NCBI GenBank assembly: GCA_963824995.1
Contig: CAWGRK010000006.1
Span: 132,273-196,272 of the forward strand
From: an uncultured Actinomycetes bacterium
GTDB taxonomy: Bacteria; Actinomycetota; Acidimicrobiia; Spongiisociales; DATADW01
DNA length: 64,000 bases
Direction: 5' to 3'
In this document: piece after piece, positions 10,401 to 19,746 of the stretch
How positions within the stretch are numbered: position 1 is the stretch's first letter
How the letters are laid out: every line of letters starts with the position of its first letter
Program-made: the position numbers and the translations under genes
The notes under the pieces: model-generated
The model's database searches: none
What the model saw: only the letters and a program-made list of their open reading frames with translations
Told to the model about the DNA's origin: nothing

Positions 10401-10970
10401 GGCCTCGGCGACGGTGATCGGCTCTCCCGCCGCCGAAGCCGTCGTCACCAGTTCACGGCCGGCCTCGCCGAGCGCCTCGATCGGACTTACAAGCGCGTCC
10501 TCGGCCCCGGTCGTCTCGATGAGAACACCGTGATCCCGGGCCGCTGATGCGATGGACTCGAGCCACCACCGGTCGAGTTCGTCGGGTGGGCGGTGGGCGA
10601 TGACCATCAGTCGGAGACCGTCGGGGTGGGTGATGAGCCGGCGGAGCAATCCCAGCGAGGTCGGGTCGGCCCACTGTGCCTCCTCGAGGAGGATCGCCTG
10701 CGGTCTCCCTCCGGAGGCGGCCGTCGAGGGATCTATTCCCAACTCGACAGAGATCGCTCCGGCCCGCGATCTGGCCGGCTCGCGGCCGGCGGTTCGCCTG
10801 AAACGGGTCAGCCCCGTTTGTACTGCTGCTTCGGCGATCGACGATCCCGCGGCGCCGATGGGGGATTGAACGAGCACCACGACAACCCCAGGGGCTGCCG
10901 ATTCCAACACAGCACCGAGGCGCAGGTCCTCGCCGGCCGCGCCATCAGACAACTCAGTCTCCATTCCCAC
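7406..10970 (-). CDS. Large multidomain protein: degenerate AAA/STAND-like ATPase, TPR-like helical region, TM helix, PQQ-like (BamB-type) beta-propeller; frameshift near 7610
   Basis: ILLEEAQWADPTS resembles the LDDLHWAD motif of LuxR/MalT-type AAA domains; TM segment WPMVAAAALGVVVVAG; repeats DGTLYGLNQATGGVIW, DGAVHALDLGNGSEVW; last blades in ORF 7406-7669. Confidence 0.75.
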
Positions 10971-11018
10971 TCTCCCGTTGCCGGCGCAAGCATAAGGGCG
11001 GGGGGAGAGTGCCGCCGC

Positions 11019-11648
11019 TCAATCGGTCTTCATCGTCTCGTTCGCCGGCTCATCTCCTCTGCGGCGCTCCAGCAGACGGCGCACCACTTCGATCACGACG
11101 GCTACCGCAAGAGCGGCACCGAATGCCAACAGAAAGGCAACGGTGTGGTTGTCCTGGAACCGCTCTCCGAAGAAGTATCCGAGCAACGCGCCATACGCAG
11201 CCCAAAGCAGCCCGGCAAGCGCCACCCAGGCTGCGAACCGCCCCCGGGACTGATGGGTCAACCCCGAGGCCAGGGTTACCGCACTGCGGCCTCCGGGGAT
11301 GAAGCGCGCCGTCACCAGTAGCGGCCCGCCGCGTCTGCGGAGTTGTTCAGACGCCCAGTCGATTCTGGAGTGCATGCGGCCGGAGGCACGTCTGCGCACC
11401 CACGACGAGCCCGACCGGCCGATCTGATAGGCGATGTTGTCGCCGATGAACGCTCCCAACGCCCCGGCAGCGATGATCACCCCCAGCGATTGTTCGCCGT
11501 AGCCGGCGGCCACCCCACCGGTGATGACGGCAGCCTCGCTGGGGACGACGGGGAAGATGGCATCGAGCAGCGCAATCGCCAGCACCAGCAACGGAAACCA
11601 GGGCGCGCCGGCGAGCGATTCGATCCACTCGATGAGGTCTGAGAACAA
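11019..11648 (-). CDS. DedA family membrane protein
   Basis: DAIFPVVPSE, GDNIAYQIGR, ARFIPGGR motifs; TTG start after GGAGG. Confidence 0.92.
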   Translation of the reverse strand: MFSDLIEWIESLAGAPWFPLLVLAIALLDAIFPVVPSEAAVITGGVAAGYGEQSLGVIIAAGALGAFIGDNIAYQIGRSGSSWVRRRASGRMHSRIDWASEQLRRRGGPLLVTARFIPGGRSAVTLASGLTHQSRGRFAAWVALAGLLWAAYGALLGYFFGERFQDNHTVAFLLAFGAALAVAVVIEVVRRLLERRRGDEPANETMKTD

Positions 11649-11759
11649 GCGGCCGCCTCCGGGGTGGCTCGACGGTACCCGCGCCACCGCGTTGGGCGAA
11701 GGGGGCTGCAACATCGATCCCGGTACCATCGTCAGCTCAATGCGGATCGATGGTGGCGG

Positions 11760-12710
11760 GTGAGTGGGTGGCGGGCAGCCCTCGTAGCCGCGATCGTAGG
11801 CGGACTGGTGCTCCTCGTCGGGTGGGCGATACCGCGCATCACCGCTTCCGACAACGGCACCACGACCACGGTCACCGGGCCTCCGGCGACAGCCGATGTC
11901 ACCCTCGCCTGCCCACTATCGCTGCGCCCGACGTGCACTTCGCTCGGCCAAGAAGTGGGCGCTGCTGTCCGCACTTGGACGGCGGGTGACACCATTTCCG
12001 AGGACGAGGTGCTGGTGGCGCCTACTGGAGATCTCCCCGAGGGGCTGACCAGCTCAGGTGAGCTCGGCAGGTCGCCTGTCGCCGTGGCGGTCTGGCTGGA
12101 GCGGGCCAATGTGCTCGCTTCGGGTTGCGGTGGAAATGCCGACCTCGCCTGCGTGGAAGAAGCGCTCGGTCAGCAATGGTCGGACCTGGGGGGCAGCGAC
12201 AGTTGGGGGATCTTCAAGCTCGGGCTGGCCGACCCCACCCTCACAGAGCCGGGTTTGGCAGCCTGGAGCGCTCTGGCGGGGGACGGGACGCCCGAAGGGC
12301 TGGCCGAGAGCCTCCGTCTGGTCGCCAGCGATGACGGCCGGCTGATGGCCGACATGGTGCTGTTCGGGCCCAGTCGGGCCGATGCCGCGGTGACCACCGA
12401 GGTTGCCATCGCCTCGCAGTTGGCCAATGCGCCGGGTCGCGGCGGCCGGTTGGTGGTCACGTACCCCGACCCGGCGCCTTGGGTGAGCTACGTAGTGGCG
12501 CCTGGGGGAGGGTCCGATGCCCGGCGAACCGCCGAGCGCCTGCTCGAACCGGACATCGCGTCTCTGCTCGGGCCGGCCGGGCTTCGACCGCCCGGCGGCG
12601 AACCCGGTGAGCTGCCCGAGGGCCTGGGTCAGCCAGGTGTCCAGTCGCCGCCGCTCGACGACGCCACCAGCCAGGGGCTCCTCGACAGCTGGCGCGACCT
12701 GACACAATGA
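11760..12710 (+). CDS. Membrane-anchored substrate-binding-like protein (paralog of the SBP part of the next gene, no VWA)
   Basis: N-terminal TM; SPVAVAVW..WSDLGG..WGIFKLGLADP aligns with TPLVLGM..WGAFG..WGPFRLGKTNP in the downstream gene. Confidence 0.65.
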   Translation: MSGWRAALVAAIVGGLVLLVGWAIPRITASDNGTTTTVTGPPATADVTLACPLSLRPTCTSLGQEVGAAVRTWTAGDTISEDEVLVAPTGDLPEGLTSSGELGRSPVAVAVWLERANVLASGCGGNADLACVEEALGQQWSDLGGSDSWGIFKLGLADPTLTEPGLAAWSALAGDGTPEGLAESLRLVASDDGRLMADMVLFGPSRADAAVTTEVAIASQLANAPGRGGRLVVTYPDPAPWVSYVVAPGGGSDARRTAERLLEPDIASLLGPAGLRPPGGEPGELPEGLGQPGVQSPPLDDATSQGLLDSWRDLTQ

Positions 12711-12717
12711 CGGACAC

Positions 12718-14505
12718 ATGAAGTCATCAGCCCTTGGCTTGCTCCTCGTCGTGACGGTTCTCGCTGGGGCCTGTAATGGCAGTTCCAGCGACACCACCAT
12801 CTCGGGGGGCGGCCCGGGCCAGACCGTCGCCGCCGGTTGTGTCGAGGTGCCCGTTGCCACCTCACCGGAGAAGTTCACGCTGCTCACAGATCTCGCCGCC
12901 GAGTTCAACGCAACAGGGTTCGAGGTGGACGGGCAATGTGCGTCCGTCACCGTGTACCGGGTCTCCTCAGGGGTTGCGGCGAATCTGCTTTCTGCCGGCT
13001 GGCCCGATGGCATCCCCGAGGGACCGCAGCCCGTGCTGTGGAGCCCAGCCGCTTCGAGTTGGGGATCGATCGTCAATCAGAGGCTCAGCGAGGCGGGCGA
13101 GGAGCCGATCGCCAACGACTTCGAGCGGATCATGCTCACCCCGCTCGTCCTGGGGATGCCCCGCCCCATGGCCGAGGCACTCGGCTGGCCCGAGGCCGAG
13201 ATCGGGTGGGGAGACGTCCTCGAGTTGTCCAGAGACCCTGACGGATGGGGCGCGTTCGGTCACCCGGAGTGGGGGCCGTTCCGTCTCGGCAAGACCAACC
13301 CCAACTTCTCCACGTCGGGTCTGTCGGCCACCGTCGCCACCTTCTACGGCGCCACCGGCAAGACCTCGGGGCTCACCCTCGACGACGTCGGCTCGACCCG
13401 GGTGAGGGAGTTCGTCACCGGGGTCGAGGAATCGGTAGTGCACTACGGGGACACCACCCTCACATTCCTCGACAACATGCTGCGCGAGGACCTGGCCGGT
13501 AGGCCGCTGACCTACGTGTCGGCGGTCGCCGTCGAGGAGGTCAGCATCCTCGCCTACAACCGCGGCGATCCCGCCGACACCGGTGACGAGGGTCTCGAGC
13601 CGCCAAACGTGCCGCTGGTGGCGGTCTATCCGAAGGAGGGCACGCTCTTCTCCGACAACCCGGCGTATGTGCTCGACGCTCCCTGGGTGACAGACGTGCA
13701 GCGCGAGGCCGCCCTCGCTTTCCGCCAATCCGTGGTCGACGACCCGGAGAACCAGGCAAAGGTGCTCGAGTTCGGCTTCCGTCCAGGGAATCCCGCCGTG
13801 CCCGTAGGCGACCCGATCAACAGCGCCAATGGGCTCAACCCGTCGCAGCCCGAGACCGAGCTCGAGCTTCCCGCCCCCGAGGTGCTGGTCGGGCTGATCG
13901 ACAGCTGGGAGCAATACCGCAAGAGGGCGCGGGTCATCATGCTGCTCGACGTGAGTGGTTCGATGGGCGACCTCGGTGGTGAGGGGTTCACCAAGCTCGA
14001 TCTGGCCAAGGAAGCGGTCCTGGGAGGCCTCGACGAGTTCCAGCCGCAGGACGAGGTGGGGCTGTGGGTGTTCTCAACCTTCCTCGATGGGGAACGCGAT
14101 TACGTCGAACTGGTCCCACCGGGTCCGCTGCAGGACACCCGGGCTGACATCGAGCAGTCCGTGCAATCGCTCATCGCCGACGGCGGGACCGGGCTCTACG
14201 ACTCCACCGCGGCGACGGTGCAGGCGGTGCGTGACGGACTCGACCCGAGCAAGATCAACGCTGTGGTCCTCCTCAGCGATGGGATGTGCGAAGACGACCC
14301 ACCGGGATGCGAACTCGAACCGCTGCTCGAGTTCCTCGGTTCGAGCGAGCGCGAGACGGTGAGGGTCTTCCCGGTCGCATACGGAGAGGATGCCGACGTG
14401 GAAGCACTCCAGGCGATCGCCGACGCCACATCGGCGCGCCTCTACCTGGCCACTGACCCGCTCACCATCGAGCGCGTGTTCCAGTCGGTCATCTCGAACT
14501 TTTGA
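12718..14505 (+). CDS. Lipoprotein with extracellular solute-binding-like domain and C-terminal von Willebrand factor A domain
   Basis: Lipobox AGAC; MIDAS DVSGS, GGTGLYD, VVLLSDG. Confidence 0.88.
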   Translation: MKSSALGLLLVVTVLAGACNGSSSDTTISGGGPGQTVAAGCVEVPVATSPEKFTLLTDLAAEFNATGFEVDGQCASVTVYRVSSGVAANLLSAGWPDGIPEGPQPVLWSPAASSWGSIVNQRLSEAGEEPIANDFERIMLTPLVLGMPRPMAEALGWPEAEIGWGDVLELSRDPDGWGAFGHPEWGPFRLGKTNPNFSTSGLSATVATFYGATGKTSGLTLDDVGSTRVREFVTGVEESVVHYGDTTLTFLDNMLREDLAGRPLTYVSAVAVEEVSILAYNRGDPADTGDEGLEPPNVPLVAVYPKEGTLFSDNPAYVLDAPWVTDVQREAALAFRQSVVDDPENQAKVLEFGFRPGNPAVPVGDPINSANGLNPSQPETELELPAPEVLVGLIDSWEQYRKRARVIMLLDVSGSMGDLGGEGFTKLDLAKEAVLGGLDEFQPQDEVGLWVFSTFLDGERDYVELVPPGPLQDTRADIEQSVQSLIADGGTGLYDSTAATVQAVRDGLDPSKINAVVLLSDGMCEDDPPGCELEPLLEFLGSSERETVRVFPVAYGEDADVEALQAIADATSARLYLATDPLTIERVFQSVISNF

Positions 14506-15272
14506 GCGAGCGCTTCTCAACCGTTTTCCGCAACGATCCGCGGGTTCGCCGGGGGAGGATCTTGGCAAAGGCCACCGTCTCGCCTGCCGGCATACTCACG
14601 GGCGGAGCTCTGGCTGTGCTCGGACTGGTGACAGGTGTGGTCACGCTGCCATGGGCCATCGGCGCCGGGATCGCTGCATGGATCACCTCGGTGATCCTCC
14701 ACCTGCGCGACCCCAAGCTGGTCGGTTCGCTTCTGGCGCCACAGTTCGACCGTGATCTCACCGTGCTCGACGAGGAGCACCTTCGCTACATGGCCTCGGC
14801 GCTGGCGGCGCGCGACCGGCTGGGGGACGCCACCCGTGACCTCCCGGGCGACACCGGGATCGCAGGAATGAAAGTGAGGGTGGACGACGTCTGCCGCCAG
14901 CTCTATGACTCCGTGCTGTGGTCGCAGAAGGCGGACGAGTTCCTCGACACGGTCGGCGCTCAAGGTCTCGACCAGCGCCTTGCGGCGATCGACTCCCAGT
15001 CGCCGGTGGCTGCCGAATTGCGCGAGCAACTCGAGGTTGTCGAGACGGTGCGGCGGCGGCGCAACGAGACCTTGGCCCAGGTGGCGAGCACCATCACCGG
15101 GATCGACACGCTGGCGGTCAAGACCGCTGGACTTGCGCTGGGCGCACCGGGAAGTGGAGCCGAACAGCGGGCGTCGGAGCAGGTCAAGGTCCTCAGAGAG
15201 GACCTGGACAGCTATCTCGACGGATTGGTGGAGATCGAGCGCAGTCTGCGGGAGTCGCTGCCCGCCGGATAA
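14502..15272 (+). CDS. Hypothetical membrane protein (2 TM + cytoplasmic coiled coil)
   Basis: Overlaps the VWA gene stop (TTGA); two hydrophobic helices followed by a heptad-rich helical region. Confidence 0.7.
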   Translation: MSERFSTVFRNDPRVRRGRILAKATVSPAGILTGGALAVLGLVTGVVTLPWAIGAGIAAWITSVILHLRDPKLVGSLLAPQFDRDLTVLDEEHLRYMASALAARDRLGDATRDLPGDTGIAGMKVRVDDVCRQLYDSVLWSQKADEFLDTVGAQGLDQRLAAIDSQSPVAAELREQLEVVETVRRRRNETLAQVASTITGIDTLAVKTAGLALGAPGSGAEQRASEQVKVLREDLDSYLDGLVEIERSLRESLPAG

Positions 15273-15340
15273 CACTATTCCCCTGGAACGTAGAAAAACG
15301 CTGGCGAGCGTACAAAGACGTTCTAAGCGTGGGGTCCTAA

Positions 15341-15354
15341 CATCCTATAGAATG
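15341..15354. promoter_or_regulatory. Imperfect palindromic operator candidate CATCCTATAGAATG overlapping a TAGAAT -10 box
   Basis: 12/14 self-complementary, AT-rich, 34 bp upstream of the ABC/catabolic operon. Confidence 0.45.
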
Positions 15355-15387
15355 CCTGATCGGACCGAATCCCTACGGGAGGTCAGG

Positions 15388-16458
15388 ATGTCCCGGAGAA
15401 CTCTGACGGCCGTGATCACCCTGTTGGCGTTGACCACTGCGGCCTGCGGCGGCCAGACCGGCGGAACCGAAACGACCGCAACGGCCGGCGCCGAGGGGGA
15501 GGAGTCCGACATCATCCGGTTCACCTTCGCCCCCGACCCGGCATGGGACTGGATGAAGGACCAGGGGATTCTTGAGACGATGGAACAGGAGTCGGGCTTC
15601 AGGATTCTCCAGCTGGCGACGTGGGACGAATTCGCCACATTCGCCGGCGGACACGCCGACGTCATATCGACCGGCACCTATGAGACGCCGCTGCTCGAGG
15701 AGCAGGGGATCGACACGGTCACATTCGGCCAATTCAACATGAACAAGGATGTCCTGGTCACAGCCGATCCCTCGTATCAGACGGCGGCGGACATGCCCGA
15801 GGGTTGTCGTATCGCCAGCGAGTCGGTCACGGGCAACACGATCATCTGGGCCTCGTTGATCAACGAGCTCGATGGGAGGGAGCTCGCAGAGGGATCGGAC
15901 GACTTGGGAATAGTCACCGCCGATTACCAGGTGATCCCAACGCTCCTCTTGGAGGATGAGGCCTGCGCCGGAATCCTCGATCCCACCCAGGTGATACCGG
16001 CAATGGCATCGGGTGACCTCACCGTGATGTACGACGGCAAGTCCGCTTCGCAGCTCTACGGCGAGAGCATCGTGCCTGGACACGAAGGCGTTCTCTCCAA
16101 CGCCTTCGTCTCGCGCGCCGCCTGGTTCGACGCCAACCCCGAGGCGGCCGCCTTCTTCCTCGAGGTGTGGGACTGCGCCATGGTCCAATGGGCAGAGCAC
16201 CGCGACCAGATCATCGACACCTACCCGCAGCACTTCGCGGTGGACGACGAAGAGCAGGCACAGTTCATGAAGGACTACTTCGAGAACACCTTCGACTGGT
16301 TCGTCGAGAGCCCGTATCTGACCGAGGAATGGATCGAGGGGGAGCAGCCGGTCTTCGACCTGGTGCAGGAGGCCGGAATCGTTGCCGAGGACGCCGAGTT
16401 CCCCCGGCACGAACCGATGGAGCCAGGCGATGACTCTCCCTGTCCTGAAGGCACCTGA
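15388..16458 (+). CDS. ABC transporter substrate-binding lipoprotein (NitT/TauT-like)
   Basis: Lipobox TAAC; GGAGG RBS; first gene of an operon with TauC-like permeases and a TauB-like ATPase. Confidence 0.8.
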   Translation: MSRRTLTAVITLLALTTAACGGQTGGTETTATAGAEGEESDIIRFTFAPDPAWDWMKDQGILETMEQESGFRILQLATWDEFATFAGGHADVISTGTYETPLLEEQGIDTVTFGQFNMNKDVLVTADPSYQTAADMPEGCRIASESVTGNTIIWASLINELDGRELAEGSDDLGIVTADYQVIPTLLLEDEACAGILDPTQVIPAMASGDLTVMYDGKSASQLYGESIVPGHEGVLSNAFVSRAAWFDANPEAAAFFLEVWDCAMVQWAEHRDQIIDTYPQHFAVDDEEQAQFMKDYFENTFDWFVESPYLTEEWIEGEQPVFDLVQEAGIVAEDAEFPRHEPMEPGDDSPCPEGT

Positions 16459-16547
16459 CAGCTCGAGGCGGGACATTGATCTCCCGAATGATCCCGTCGC
16501 GGTGAGCCGCGCGGTCGTACCTCGATCTCGATAGCCCAAAGGAGGCC

Positions 16548-17393
16548 ATGACAACCGTCGAGAAGAGCCTCGAGGAGATCGAGCAGGAGGCCATCGACAC
16601 CCTGGTGGCGGGCAGGCGCCCGCGCGACCGGGTTCTCTGGTCGGTGCTCGGGATGGTCGCCTTCATCGGTGTGTGGGCTCTCTTCTCTGCATTCGTCTTC
16701 GAGCCGTACGTGCTCCCCTCCCCGTGGGCGGTGGCTGTCGAGATGTGGAACCTGGTGATCACGGGCGAAGTGTTCATCAACTTCGGGGCGAGCTTTGTCA
16801 AGACGATGGCAGGATGGGCGATGGCGCTCCTCATCGGCATTCCCATCGGGTTGGCGATGGGCCGCTACCGCTACGCCCGCGCCTTTTTCCACGACTTCGT
16901 CTACCTGTTCGCCAACGTGCCGCTGCTGGTCTACGCGGTGATCGCCCTGATCGTCTTTGGGATCAGTCCTTGGGGTCCTGCCTTCGTGGTCGCCCTCGAG
17001 GCTTTCACCGGGATCGCCCTCAACGTGGCCGCCGGCGTCGAATCGGTGGACCGCGGACTGCTCGCTATGAGCCGATCCTTCCGGAGGACCTCACGGCAGA
17101 CAGCCAGGGCGGTCGTCTTCCCCTCGGTGGTTCCCTTCCTCTTCGCCAGCGGCCGGGTCTCTTTCGCCAACTCGTGGAAGTTGGCCGCGCTAGCCGAGAC
17201 CTTTGGCGGCTATCTGGGGGTCGGATACCAGTTGGAGAAGGCATTCCAGATCTTCTCCGTGGTTACTGCCCTGGCGTGGATGTTCTTCTTTGTGATCTTC
17301 GTGATCGCAGTGGAGCGGTTTCTCATCGCCCCCGCCGAGCGCCGGGTTTTCGCTTGGCGTGATCCGGCAGGGGCGAAGGGGGCGCGCACATGA
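16548..17393 (+). CDS. ABC transporter permease (NitT/TauT family)
   Basis: LPSPWAV, multiple TM helices, GVESVDRGLLAMSRSF EAA-like loop, GVGYQL. Confidence 0.9.
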   Translation: MTTVEKSLEEIEQEAIDTLVAGRRPRDRVLWSVLGMVAFIGVWALFSAFVFEPYVLPSPWAVAVEMWNLVITGEVFINFGASFVKTMAGWAMALLIGIPIGLAMGRYRYARAFFHDFVYLFANVPLLVYAVIALIVFGISPWGPAFVVALEAFTGIALNVAAGVESVDRGLLAMSRSFRRTSRQTARAVVFPSVVPFLFASGRVSFANSWKLAALAETFGGYLGVGYQLEKAFQIFSVVTALAWMFFFVIFVIAVERFLIAPAERRVFAWRDPAGAKGART

Positions 17394-18220
17394 CCAGTGC
17401 CACGGTCGCCGACCACCCCGAACTGGCCCTCGAGCCCGAGCCCCGGCCCTGGTACCACTGGCTCACCTCGGACCGGGCCGCCCGCTGGACAGCCCGGATC
17501 CTCTTCGTCTTGATGTGGCAGCTGGCGGGAACCCTCTTTGCCGACATCCCGACGCCGGTAGCCACGTTTGGTTTCCTCATCGAGGAGTTCCAACGGGGCG
17601 AGGTGTTCCCCAACATCGGCATCAGCCTGGTCCGTGTGACGATTGCCCTGACCGTTGTGCTGCTGCTCGGGACGGCGACCGGGGTCGCCATGGCCCGTTG
17701 GTGGCGGGTCCGCTACTTCCTGGCCGACCTGGTCCTCGTCGGGATCACCCTCCCGGCGTTCATCTGGGCGCTGCTGGCCGTGATGTGGTGGGGGTTCAGC
17801 AACATCGGCCCGATCTTCGTGGCAATCGTCTCGGCTACCCCCCAGTTGGTGGTCTCGACGTATCAGGGTGCGACGGCCACACCCGGCAAACTGCTGTCGA
17901 TGTCCGATGCCTACCGCGTCTCGACCCGGCGTCAGATCCGCTGGCTGGTCATACCCTCGATGATGGAGTACATCGCGGCGGGGTTCCGCTCGGCGGTTCT
18001 GGCGGCGTGGGGTGCTGTATTGCTGACCGAGTGGTTCGGCAACGATCAGGGGGTGGGTTTCCGAGCCCACTTCTGGTACGACGCCCGCAGCTTCGAGGGG
18101 ATGATGGCCTGGGGCGTGGTGATGATGGTCATCATCCTCGCCTTCGACCGACTGGTGATGGACCGCGTGGTGCGTCGAGCCCGCGCCTGGAGGGTTGGAG
18201 GACAGGAATGGTCGGCATGA
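17390..18220 (+). CDS. ABC transporter permease (NitT/TauT family)
   Basis: Multiple TM helices, ISLVRV, VIPS, GVGF; ATGA overlap. Confidence 0.9.
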   Translation: MTSATVADHPELALEPEPRPWYHWLTSDRAARWTARILFVLMWQLAGTLFADIPTPVATFGFLIEEFQRGEVFPNIGISLVRVTIALTVVLLLGTATGVAMARWWRVRYFLADLVLVGITLPAFIWALLAVMWWGFSNIGPIFVAIVSATPQLVVSTYQGATATPGKLLSMSDAYRVSTRRQIRWLVIPSMMEYIAAGFRSAVLAAWGAVLLTEWFGNDQGVGFRAHFWYDARSFEGMMAWGVVMMVIILAFDRLVMDRVVRRARAWRVGGQEWSA

Positions 18221-18233
18221 GCGGGGGTGGGCC

Positions 18234-18995
18234 ATGGCCCGGCTGATCGCCCGTGACGTGAGGAAGATCTTTGCCCCGACGCATGCGGGTCAGGAGGCGG
18301 TGGTGGCGCTGCGCAACATCAGCTTCCAGGCCGAGGGCCACACGTTCGTGACCCTGGTGGGGCCATCCGGGTGCGGTAAGACCACCTTCCTCAACATGGT
18401 TTCCGGGATCGAGCGGCCGAGTGGCGGCACGCTGGAGGTGATCGGGCGCAACGAGGGAGAGGCGCGCATCGGTTACGTCTTCCAGGATCCCCGTCTGCTG
18501 CCCTGGAAGACGGTCCTCCAGAACATGGAGTACGTGCTCGACGAAGGGTCGAACGAGGAGCGGAGTGCCCACGGCAAGCGGTTCCTGTCGTTGGTCAACC
18601 TCGACGGCAGCGCCGACATGTTCCCCGGTCAGCTATCGGGTGGCATGCAACAGAGAGTCGGGATTGCCAGAGCGCTCTCGATCGAGCCCGACCTGCTCCT
18701 CATGGACGAGCCGTTCAGCCATCTCGACGCAATCACGGCTCGAGATCTGCGGGCAGAACTGCAGCGGCTGTGGCTGGCCACCAAGTCAACGGTGCTCTTC
18801 GTCACCCACGATGTGATGGAGGCGGTCCTGCTCTCGAGCCGGGTCATCATGATGAGCAGTCATGGTGTCGTCTTCCGTGACTTGACCATCGACCTGCCCT
18901 TCCCCCGTCTCCAGACGGACCGCCAGGTGGCGATCCTGCAAGCCGAGATCCTCGAGTTGTTCGAGGAGATGGAAGCACCGATGATCGAGGCGTGA
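18234..18995 (+). CDS. ABC transporter ATP-binding protein (NitT/TauT family)
   Basis: GPSGCGKT, LSGGMQQR, LLMDEPF, VTHD. Confidence 0.95.
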   Translation: MARLIARDVRKIFAPTHAGQEAVVALRNISFQAEGHTFVTLVGPSGCGKTTFLNMVSGIERPSGGTLEVIGRNEGEARIGYVFQDPRLLPWKTVLQNMEYVLDEGSNEERSAHGKRFLSLVNLDGSADMFPGQLSGGMQQRVGIARALSIEPDLLLMDEPFSHLDAITARDLRAELQRLWLATKSTVLFVTHDVMEAVLLSSRVIMMSSHGVVFRDLTIDLPFPRLQTDRQVAILQAEILELFEEMEAPMIEA

Positions 18996-19053
18996 CGGCG
19001 GGTGGCCGAGCCCGCCCCTTCGACCGTCACCATTCCACGAGGAGGAACCACTT

Positions 19054-19746
19054 GTGCTGAGACATTCCGCCCTTTTCCTGCTCAGGCCGGGCAACGGGCC
19101 CGAGCAGATGACGCGGATGCAGATGGGGTCCGCCTACATGCGGTTCACCGCCGTCGGGCCGGTTGCCATCGACTTCGGCTCGGACCTGTTTGGAGGATCA
19201 CTCCATCTCTACGACACCAAGCCCTGGGAGCGGACGCCCCGCTGGCGCGCCGCCGCCAGCGGACCTCCCTCCAGTTTCGACGTCGCCCTCCACCTCGATT
19301 TCGCCGACGAGGCGGGGCTCGAGGCTTACAACAAGGACGACGTCCACCACGAGGTGGCGGTTTACAACGCCGAGGTCTCGCAGGGGGAGCTCACGGCCCG
19401 GGTCGACTGGTGGTACGACGGCGACCGCCCCCTGATCACGCCCGGCCGGGTTCGCCATACAGCGATGTTCCTCTGGAAGGACGAGGTGTCCGAAGACGGC
19501 AAGGGCGCCGCCACCGAGGCGGTGCGCCGGCTCGAGGGCGCCGCCGGCGTTGAGCGCGTGACGATCGGCACCGGCGTGGGATCGCTCAAGACCGACTTCG
19601 ACTGGATCCTCGATGTCCAACTGAGCGACACCGAGGCTGCGCAGCGACTCTTGGCAGCGGAGTACCAGGAGGCGATGCGGGTCGTCTCCGCCGCAACCAA
19701 GCACGAGTGGACCGCTCGCATCACCCACATGATGCACGGACACTGA
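19054..19746 (+). CDS. Dabb (stress-responsive A/B barrel) family protein with two tandem domains
   Basis: MLRHSALF...FDVALHLDFADEAGLEAYNKDDVH and second VRHTAMFLWK...FDWILDVQL repeat; GAGGAGG RBS. Confidence 0.7.
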   Translation: MLRHSALFLLRPGNGPEQMTRMQMGSAYMRFTAVGPVAIDFGSDLFGGSLHLYDTKPWERTPRWRAAASGPPSSFDVALHLDFADEAGLEAYNKDDVHHEVAVYNAEVSQGELTARVDWWYDGDRPLITPGRVRHTAMFLWKDEVSEDGKGAATEAVRRLEGAAGVERVTIGTGVGSLKTDFDWILDVQLSDTEAAQRLLAAEYQEAMRVVSAATKHEWTARITHMMHGH

